DNA of 64,000 nucleotides from Elusimicrobiota bacterium (lineage in GTDB: Bacteria; Elusimicrobiota; Elusimicrobia; F11): contig JBGAON010000005.1 of the NCBI GenBank assembly GCA_044221725.1, positions 96,001 through 160,000 of the forward strand, read 5' to 3'. The position numbers were made by a program, and so were the translations under genes. Of the stretch, positions 40,277 through 47,724 are shown piece by piece; within the stretch, counting starts at the first letter, position 1; every line of letters begins with the position of its first letter. The notes under the pieces were generated by a model, which saw nothing but the letters and a program-made list of their open reading frames with translations, was not told the origin of the DNA and did not search any database.

Positions 40277-41020
40277 TTATCCGTGACTGTGCTTGAACAT
40301 CGCCATGAGACCAAAACCGGAGGCGAGCAGCGCAATTTGCCCGAGTGTTTCTTTAATCGTGGTTTGTTCGTGCAGTTGGGGAATTAAATCGGCCAGCGCT
40401 ATATAGAGGAAGCCGCCGGCCGTGAACGGGATAAGAATCGTTTGGGAGAACGGTGCCGCTTCCAAAAAGAAATACGTGATGATTGAACCGAAGATCGCCG
40501 TTGTGGCGGTGATCAAATTGATGCCGAGCGCTTGCTTCATTGAGTAACCGCCGTGCACAAGAATGCCGAAGTCGCCAATCTCTTGTGGAATTTCGTGCAG
40601 CAAAATGGCGGCCGTGACCGAAATCCCGACTTCGCGACTTACGAGAAACGAGCTCGCGATGATTGCGCCATCTATAAAGTTATGGATCGCGTCTCCAAAA
40701 ATCACCATGCGCGCAGCGGTCGGGCGATGATGGTCGTGCGAAAACGGATGCGAGTGGCAATGTCGCCACACAAGCAACTTCTCCAAAATAAAAAAGAAAA
40801 ACACGCCGCCGCAAACCGCCATGAGTGTGCGATGCGTGTTCTGCTCCAGCGCCTCCGGAATCAAATGCAAAAACGCGCTGCCGAGCATGGTGCCGGAAGC
40901 GAGACTCACGAAATAAAACGTGAGTTTGTTGATGTTGGTTTTCGTTACGAAAAACACGATGCCCGTGAGCGAAATAAGTCCGACGAGGGACGTGGCCGCA
41001 ACAATTGAAAGGAACGTCAT
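40277..41020 (-). CDS. ZIP-family metal (Zn) transporter
   Basis: AFLHLIPEA, His-rich loop, GDAIHNFIDG, HEIPQEIGDFG. Confidence 0.93.
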   Translation of the reverse strand: MTFLSIVAATSLVGLISLTGIVFFVTKTNINKLTFYFVSLASGTMLGSAFLHLIPEALEQNTHRTLMAVCGGVFFFFILEKLLVWRHCHSHPFSHDHHRPTAARMVIFGDAIHNFIDGAIIASSFLVSREVGISVTAAILLHEIPQEIGDFGILVHGGYSMKQALGINLITATTAIFGSIITYFFLEAAPFSQTILIPFTAGGFLYIALADLIPQLHEQTTIKETLGQIALLASGFGLMAMFKHSHG

Positions 41021-41087
41021 GCACGGAAATTACAAAAAATCGGAGTCCCTCCCCATGTCTCGTCAATGGGGAGGGGAGGGTGGGGCA

Positions 41088-41231
41088 TTAATTTTCCTCG
41101 TAAACACCCAATGGGTGTTCTCTGCGAAATTTTAATCCGTGAATATTTCTTTTGCGTAAGCGATACCAGAGTGTTTGCTGGGCTTTTGTGGGATTCTGTC
41201 TTAGGTCGCGGGCGAAATCGAAGTGACGCAT
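41088..41231 (-). pseudogene. Truncated duplicate of the DUF559 gene (47 codons)
   Basis: First 44 aa match 41432-41764 except at 2 positions, then the frame runs into a repeat. Confidence 0.85.
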
Positions 41232-41431
41232 AAAGCCTCCTAGATGTAGGAGGGGAAAGTTTGGAAGGGGGCAGAGTGTACAGAATGAGGAAGTGGGATT
41301 AATACCCCACCCTACCCTCCCCGTTGATAAGACACGGGGAGGAAAACTTCGACGCTCTCCCTGTTTGTTTACCAGGAAATCAAAATCCCTCCCATGTTTC
41401 GTCAATGGGGAGGGTAGGGTGGGGTATTAAA

Positions 41432-41764
41432 TCACCCCTTCAACAAATCAAAAAGCACGCCAAGCACCGTTTCGGTGTTCCGAATAACTTCGTTATTCCA
41501 AAACCGAACGACGTTAAAACCTTGTGCGGCGAGCCAAGTGGTGCGTCGTTGATCGTATTGCGTTTGTATGGCGTGTTGCCCGCCATCAATTTCGATAATT
41601 AACTTCTTCTCCAGACAGACGAAATCAACAATGTAAACGCCCAATGGGTATTCTCTGCGAAATTTTAATCCGTGGATATTTCTTTTGCGTAAGTGATACC
41701 AGAGTGTTTGCTGGGCTTTTGTGGGATTCTGTCTTAGGTCGCGGGCGAAATCGAAGTGACGCAT
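41432..41764 (-). CDS. DUF559 (Vsr-like restriction-endonuclease fold) protein
   Basis: ARDLR.N.T...LW..LR...KFRR..P...YIVDF.C....LIIEIDGGQH...D..R..WL...GF.VVRFWN. Confidence 0.92.
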   Translation of the reverse strand: MRHFDFARDLRQNPTKAQQTLWYHLRKRNIHGLKFRREYPLGVYIVDFVCLEKKLIIEIDGGQHAIQTQYDQRRTTWLAAQGFNVVRFWNNEVIRNTETVLGVLFDLLKG

Positions 41765-42132
41765 AAAGCCTCCTAGATGTAGGAGGGGGAAGTTTGGAAG
41801 GGGGCAGAGTGTACAGAATGAGGAAGTGGGATTAATAACCCCACCCTACCCTCCCCGTTGATAAGACACGGGGAGGAAAATTTCCGACGCCCTCCCTGTT
41901 TGTTTACCAGGAAATCAAAATCCCTCCCCGATTCGTCCCGGGAACACGAAAAAATCAGCCCCCATTCATAAACCGGGAACGAAAATCCCTCCCCATTCAT
42001 AAACGGGAAACGAAAAACCCTTTTTTCGTAAACCAGGAAATCAAAATCCCTCCCTTTCATACACGGGGAAATGAAATCCCTCCCCATGTTTCGTCAATGG
42101 GGAGGGTAGGGTGGGGTATTAATTTTCCTCTT

Positions 42133-43191
42133 TCAGTTCCCGATGAGAATGTCGGTGAGTGCGGAATTGATGCGGGCGCTTTGGGTTTGTTTCCACGCGT
42201 CTTTAAAACTGGCGAGAGCGGCCGGCACGCGGGGGTGATGCGTGGCTTTTAATACGCCGAGTATGGAGAGCACTTCGAGTTCCGTTTCGTCTTTGGCCGG
42301 CGTCTTCGTGAGTTCGGTGAGCCGAACGATTAAATCTTCGATGATGTTGCGGTTGTTGGCGAGTCCGCGTTCGTTGAGGGCGGCGAGCGCGGCGTCGCGA
42401 ATCTTTGGATCGGGGTCGCGGTAAAGTGCTTTCCACGACGAACTGTAATCTTCGTGTAAAGAGACGAGCGCGATGATACGTGGGCCCACCACGCGGTGGA
42501 CTACCGGGTCCGGGTTTTTCATGGCGCGGTCGTAGAAACTCAGCGTCGAGAACGACGGATCGTTGCCGAGCGTGACCGGCGAGAGCTCCATAATAAACTC
42601 CTTGGCGTCCGCGGGCTCAAACACATTGAGGTCGGACTTGCGAATCCAACCGTCTTTGTCCGGGAAGCGTTCGCCGGCGGGCTCCACTTGTTTTGTGGTG
42701 GCCGCCAGATAAAGGTCGAGGCCCGGCTGAACATGCCAGAACGACGGGTTCGCGTCCGGAAACACGCGCACAAAATCGCCGGTCGTTGTTCGGAACAATT
42801 CGGTTTTTGCATTGGGTGCGTCGTAGATCGGCACGTTGTCCCACAGAACCACCCCCATCGGCAGTCCTTCGCGCTTTTTGCGTGAAATTGCTCGCGGTGA
42901 GAGTGCCGGTGCCGAAACCGGAGCGGAAGCGGTGGCATCGACTTCGGTAGGCACTTCCGGAATCGCGAGTGTGCGCTTCGAACTCCAAGGTGCATTTTCA
43001 TTGATAATCGGATTGGTTTGTTTTGGAAGCCTCGTTGATTGTACGACCGGAGCGGAAGTCGAATTTTCCGGACGTTGACCGAAGGTTGCTGGCAGAGGCT
43101 CTATCGTGGACAGTTGCTTCTGTCGCCACTCGTACATAAAGGCCAACGCGAGAAATAACAGCAGCAGGGCGATGGCGGTTCGTTTGCTCAC
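42133..43191 (-). CDS. Membrane-anchored protein with SH3-like and HEAT-like segments
   Basis: N-terminal TM; NVPIYDAP...GD.VRV...GWI; DPDPKIRDAALAAL. Confidence 0.65.
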   Translation of the reverse strand: MSKRTAIALLLLFLALAFMYEWRQKQLSTIEPLPATFGQRPENSTSAPVVQSTRLPKQTNPIINENAPWSSKRTLAIPEVPTEVDATASAPVSAPALSPRAISRKKREGLPMGVVLWDNVPIYDAPNAKTELFRTTTGDFVRVFPDANPSFWHVQPGLDLYLAATTKQVEPAGERFPDKDGWIRKSDLNVFEPADAKEFIMELSPVTLGNDPSFSTLSFYDRAMKNPDPVVHRVVGPRIIALVSLHEDYSSSWKALYRDPDPKIRDAALAALNERGLANNRNIIEDLIVRLTELTKTPAKDETELEVLSILGVLKATHHPRVPAALASFKDAWKQTQSARINSALTDILIGN

Positions 43192-43201
43192 GGACGAAAG
43201 C

Positions 43202-44623
43202 CTAGTAAAGAATTCGAAGCGTTACGTTGTGAGTGAGACCCAGATCTTGGCTCGTTGAGAAGCCGTAATCGAGGCCGATGAGAATGTGGGAATTGGCCGG
43301 CATGGTGGTTGGTTCGGCTTCTCCGCTTTCGCGGGCGCTGCCAAGCGTGTTTCTCTCGTGAAAATCTTCGACGGCAATTTCGGCGTAATCGGTGGCCAGC
43401 ACGTCGCCATCGGCGCGGGCAAGGATCCGGGTGTTGATGGCCAATTTTTCGTCCTTGTGTTCCAGGCTCCCTGTGACCATCAAATCGGAATCAGGAATCT
43501 CGCCATTGGACGATCCCTTTAGGTAACGGAAATTCGGATTGCTTGCGAAATCCTTTTCGAGCATCTTGGAAACATTCACGGCCGCTTTTTCTCTGGAATC
43601 GATGGGCAGCACCGTAATGGTCGGTTTGTCGTTCGTCGCCGCGGTTTTCAGATACTGCGCACTCAATTTTTCCACCGAGTGCGCGACGATTTGCTGCGAC
43701 ATTGCCGACGGCACCGGGTCGTTCGATGCTTTTTTCCTCTTCGGCTGGTCCACGTACGACATTTTTTGCGGACCGCGAAATTGAATGCCGACGCCACCCG
43801 TAAATTCCAAAGCGGTATCGTGAAACGTTCCGCCGCGAAGGAACAACAGCCGGTTCACACTCCACTCAACGCCCGCTGATTTCCGAATCACGCCATCGCG
43901 TGCGCCGGACACGTCCGCTGAAAAAAGCCAGTCAAAATATTGGTAGGCCGCTCCGGCCCGCAGGGCCAGCGGCAAAGGATCTGATTCTTTGTCGAGCGCT
44001 TTGGACGTGCCGGCGTTTTGAACCGCGGCGCCCACGCTCCAGCGGCTGGACAATTTTGCGACCGCGCCCGCATCGAATGCGTAATTGCTCACGGATTTGT
44101 CTTGAATCTTGTTTGAAATCATTTTGCCGGAAACGCCCACGCTCATCCGCGGCGTCACCGGATATGCGAAGCCGAGCGCGAGCAATTGGTCCTTCACGTC
44201 GAATTCGTCTTGCTTCACACCGATGTTGCTGCGGCCAATGTCTTTGGCGCGAAACGCGCGGTACTCAAACCCGACCGACAGTTGATTGGGGCCGAATTCC
44301 GCATCTTCGAGCGGCTGAACCTTTTGGGATTGTCCAAGTGAAATGGGAAATCCAACGAGCGCGGATTGCAGCGTGGTGTCTTCAAGATAATCCAAATAGT
44401 TTGCTTGCAGGTCCGTGCGGCGAATGCCGGCGAGCCCGGCGGGATTGTAATCGAGCGATGCCACGTCGGTTGCGAGCGCGCTATAAGCGCCGGCCATGGC
44501 CGTCGCGCGACCGCTCAAAGGAATTTTTAGGAATGGGGAACTCGTTGTTCCGGCCCCATCCGCCGCGAACAGAACGGTCGGCGACAACAATATAAGGAGC
44601 GACGAGCGCAGTGTCTTCTTCAT
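43202..44623 (-). CDS. PorV/PorQ-family outer-membrane protein with an inserted domain
   Basis: FLKIP.SGRA.AMAGA...YNPAGL, FDAG, VQNAG, DPLP..LRAG, C-terminal DYGF...DLG.TH. Confidence 0.85.
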   Translation of the reverse strand: MKKTLRSSLLILLSPTVLFAADGAGTTSSPFLKIPLSGRATAMAGAYSALATDVASLDYNPAGLAGIRRTDLQANYLDYLEDTTLQSALVGFPISLGQSQKVQPLEDAEFGPNQLSVGFEYRAFRAKDIGRSNIGVKQDEFDVKDQLLALGFAYPVTPRMSVGVSGKMISNKIQDKSVSNYAFDAGAVAKLSSRWSVGAAVQNAGTSKALDKESDPLPLALRAGAAYQYFDWLFSADVSGARDGVIRKSAGVEWSVNRLLFLRGGTFHDTALEFTGGVGIQFRGPQKMSYVDQPKRKKASNDPVPSAMSQQIVAHSVEKLSAQYLKTAATNDKPTITVLPIDSREKAAVNVSKMLEKDFASNPNFRYLKGSSNGEIPDSDLMVTGSLEHKDEKLAINTRILARADGDVLATDYAEIAVEDFHERNTLGSARESGEAEPTTMPANSHILIGLDYGFSTSQDLGLTHNVTLRILY

Positions 44624-46224
44624 TTAATAATCGACACTTTTCCCTTCGCGTCGCCGGCCGCGGTTTTCACATAAAAGAAATAGAGGCCGGAAGCGACAAG
44701 CTTACCGTCTTCGTTCTTGCCGTCCCACGTCGTGGTTCTGGACAGCGTTCGCACGCGTTCGCCAGCAACCGTGAATATTTTGATTTCGATATCTTGGCTG
44801 CCCAGCGCATTGGACAGCGAAAAAGTCACCGTGTCGCCGGCCGCAATGTGGGCCGGGTTCGGGTAGGGGAACGTTTCGCTCGGTGTCGCGACCGATGGAG
44901 GAATAATGCCGGTTTGAGCCGCCTGCAGCGCGCGCTTCGCGTTGAGAAGTCCAAAACCGTAGCCATTATCAAACCCACTCGTGCCAAGATCGGTGGCCGT
45001 AAAGTCAATGTAGCGCGTCACGTCGGCCACCGTTGAGGTGGGCGCAATCGACCGGATGAGCGCGGCCACGCCGGACACAATCGGTGTTGCGAACGATGTG
45101 CCATCGCCGCCCGAGGCGCTCGTCGTGTTCGGAGGAATCGTCGACAAAATTCCAGTTCCGGGCGCTACCAAATCCAATTTCGAGCCCGTGTTCGAGAAAT
45201 ACGCCAACGAGTTGGACGCGTTCGTTGCGCCAACGGCGATCACAGAGTCGATTGAGGCAGGAAAGTCGACCGAAGACGAATTGCCGTCGTTACCGGCGGC
45301 TGCTACGACCACCACGTTGTGCGCGATCGCGTAGTTCACGGCGGATGTCACCGCCGCGGATGTTCCCGGCCCGCCAAGACTCATGTTAATGACATTGGCG
45401 CCGTGATCAACCGCGTACACGATCCCTTCGGCGATCGCCGCGTACGAACCGACGCCATGATCGTTCAGCGCCTTAACGCCCATAAGTTGGCAGTTGCGGC
45501 ACACGCCGGCCATGCTCGACGCGTTGTTCGTCACCGCGCCGACGATTCCTGAAACGCGCGTTCCGTGATATTCGTTTGTGGTGATCTCGGAGCACGACGC
45601 GTCAAAACCATATTGGTTGTCGTCGGTCGGATCGGAACCCGCGCATTGTTCGGCCCCAAGGCACGAGGCGATCGGCGGGTCCGTGCAGGCGCCATTTTCA
45701 TCCCAATCGAGTTCAATGCGGGTTCCGTGCAGCCCGGAATTTCCGCTGGGGCTGGGGTTCACCCACAAGTTGCTCGCCAAATCCGGATGCGTGAGCGTGA
45801 CGCCGGTGTCGATGATAGCCACAACAATGGTCGCCGAGCCGGTGCTGATATCCCACGCGGATTCCACGTCGGTATAGCCGGAGTGCAAATAATATTGGTT
45901 CGTGTATTGCGGATCGTTTGGCACATCAAGAGCTCGCAGAATGCCGTTGGGTTCAGCGAATTCGATATCCGGATTCTGTTTCAACTCATTAAGGAAAGTG
46001 TCGACAGTTTTGCTGGCGGGGATTTTGACCACGTCCACATCGATGCGCGGTACGGATTTTGAGCGGACCGCGCCCAGAGACGAAAGAACAGCCCGTTTTT
46101 CATTGGCGGTGCGGTTGGATTTGTATTTAACGAGAACTTGGTGTGGAACGAATTCGGCGGAGGCGATGGCGCAAGACAGGAGGGTGGCTAGAAAAAGTTT
46201 GAAATGTCGATGATGTCGGGGCAC
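44620..46224 (-). CDS. Secreted S8 subtilisin-like protease with FlgD-Ig/T9SS-like C-terminal domain
   Basis: Triad IIDTG, HGT, GTSFATP; AAAGN; tail PYPNP...IFTVAGERV...WDGKN...ASGLY. Confidence 0.92.
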   Translation of the reverse strand: MPRHHRHFKLFLATLLSCAIASAEFVPHQVLVKYKSNRTANEKRAVLSSLGAVRSKSVPRIDVDVVKIPASKTVDTFLNELKQNPDIEFAEPNGILRALDVPNDPQYTNQYYLHSGYTDVESAWDISTGSATIVVAIIDTGVTLTHPDLASNLWVNPSPSGNSGLHGTRIELDWDENGACTDPPIASCLGAEQCAGSDPTDDNQYGFDASCSEITTNEYHGTRVSGIVGAVTNNASSMAGVCRNCQLMGVKALNDHGVGSYAAIAEGIVYAVDHGANVINMSLGGPGTSAAVTSAVNYAIAHNVVVVAAAGNDGNSSSVDFPASIDSVIAVGATNASNSLAYFSNTGSKLDLVAPGTGILSTIPPNTTSASGGDGTSFATPIVSGVAALIRSIAPTSTVADVTRYIDFTATDLGTSGFDNGYGFGLLNAKRALQAAQTGIIPPSVATPSETFPYPNPAHIAAGDTVTFSLSNALGSQDIEIKIFTVAGERVRTLSRTTTWDGKNEDGKLVASGLYFFYVKTAAGDAKGKVSIIK

Positions 46225-47538
46225 CTAAACTCCATTTTTCATTGTGACTTGTTTCTGTTGGTTGGCGGGTTGCGCGTGTAACCGCGCCATCGCTTCATCC
46301 CGCACACGAAAGAAGTCCGGTAAATTTTCTTTTGAAACCGATGCGGACGCCGGAAAACTCATGCGCAAAAAATTCTGCTGCACGCCATCCACCAACATTT
46401 CGAAGTGTAGATGAGGACCGGTGGATAATCCAGTGTTGCCAACTCTTCCTATATATTGGCCTTGGGCAATTTGCTGATTGCGGTGCACCGCAATTTTTGA
46501 CAAATGCCCGTAGCGCGACGTGTAACGCTGATTGTGGCGTATGTCGATGCAATTGCCGTACCCTTTGTACCACTCCGCGCGAACGACGGTTCCGTTTCCG
46601 ATCGCCGACACCGGCGTGCCGACCGATGCGGCGTAATCGGTTCCATGATGCGGCCGGTAAATCCGGAGAATCGGATGAAAGCGATGCGGATTAAAGCCGG
46701 ACGACACGCGGAACGCGCCTTTGGTGAACGGCGCGCGCAAGAAGGCGCGCTTCATCGCTTTGCCTTCGGGATCATAAAAGTCTGCATGTTTGGCGTCCGC
46801 GCTCTGGTAGCGGATCGCATAGTTTTCCTTGTTCTTTGTCCCCGAACCTGTGTACGAAGCAACGATCACGCGCATGTGTTGGCCGCCCCCGATCGGATGG
46901 TCTTCGCCAATCATGTACTCTTCTTCCAGTAGCACATCCAGTTTGTCGCCTTTGCGTTGTTCCGTAAAGAAGTCGATGCGCCATCCAAAAATATTTTCAC
47001 CGAGCTCAAAGGTGAGATTGTCAATAAGTCGCGTATCGTAACCGGCTTGACGCAAGTCGTACTCGAGAAATTTTGTGACTTCCACGTTAACGCGTTTTTC
47101 TATCCAAACAGTTTTCTCAAAGTTTTCGGCGGCGCTGTACACGTCGGCGCTGCTTCGCGTGACAACATACGCGTGAACAGGGAAATCTTTCCAATAAGTA
47201 AATTTTTGGAACACGCCTGAAGTCGAGGTAACAATCTCGAAGCGCTGCAGGGATTGGATACTTTCCGGTTTCATAAGAGGCCGAATTGATTTCTGGATCG
47301 GGCCCACGTATTTTGAATCCAGGCCCTTGCGTGCCAACATGACACCAAACACGTCCCCGTTTTGAACGGTGCCGGTGGTGATAATGACCGGTGGCGGGGC
47401 GGGAGTGAAAAGCTTCGTTGGGCCGCTGCGGCTCACAAAAATAAGCAGAATCGTAACGAGCGCAACAACTCCGATGGCCGCGATGGTACGCGCACGCGCG
47501 CGCCGCTCTTCGCGAGAGGGAAATGACGATGGTTCCAT
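46225..47538 (-). CDS. M23-family peptidoglycan endopeptidase (MepM-like)
   Basis: N-terminal TM; HHGTDY, YGHLS, TGPHLHFE; start at 47538 preferred. Confidence 0.92.
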   Translation of the reverse strand: MEPSSFPSREERRARARTIAAIGVVALVTILLIFVSRSGPTKLFTPAPPPVIITTGTVQNGDVFGVMLARKGLDSKYVGPIQKSIRPLMKPESIQSLQRFEIVTSTSGVFQKFTYWKDFPVHAYVVTRSSADVYSAAENFEKTVWIEKRVNVEVTKFLEYDLRQAGYDTRLIDNLTFELGENIFGWRIDFFTEQRKGDKLDVLLEEEYMIGEDHPIGGGQHMRVIVASYTGSGTKNKENYAIRYQSADAKHADFYDPEGKAMKRAFLRAPFTKGAFRVSSGFNPHRFHPILRIYRPHHGTDYAASVGTPVSAIGNGTVVRAEWYKGYGNCIDIRHNQRYTSRYGHLSKIAVHRNQQIAQGQYIGRVGNTGLSTGPHLHFEMLVDGVQQNFLRMSFPASASVSKENLPDFFRVRDEAMARLHAQPANQQKQVTMKNGV

Positions 47539-47648
47539 GCTGTTTCGATTATAACACAGCGCCAAAAATAATTTTTTGCGCGGTATTCACAACTTGATTT
47601 TCCGTCGGAAATTGTAAAATTTCCCTATGATCGTGTCGGTTTGACACA

Positions 47649-47664
47649 AAACAATATGTTGTAG
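47649..47664 (+). promoter_or_regulatory. Putative NrdR box
   Basis: AAACAATATGTTGTAG resembles the acaCwAtATaTwGtg consensus, upstream of an RNR gene. Confidence 0.7.
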
Positions 47665-47724
47665 TAGAAAGCCACTCTGCCCCAACGGGCGGTAGTGTTC
47701 AAATTTTAAGAGGTGAGTTCCCCT

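Larger units (their letters stand above)
41040..42130. repeat. Cluster of family B palindromes, a direct duplication of about 295 bp (41100-41393 / 41633-41929) and a degenerate 30-37-bp tandem array
   Basis: Copies at about 41047(+), 41305(-), 41386(+), 41839(-), 42078(+), e.g. CCCTCCCCATGTTTCGTCAATGGGGAGGGTAGGGTGGGG. Confidence 0.9.

Noticed and set aside
41100..41929. DGR template/variable repeat pair
   Set aside because: Differences between the copies are not adenine-specific and no reverse transcriptase is present in the window.
41890..42085. Possible CRISPR array
   Set aside because: Units are degenerate and abut each other with no unique spacers, and no cas genes are in the window.
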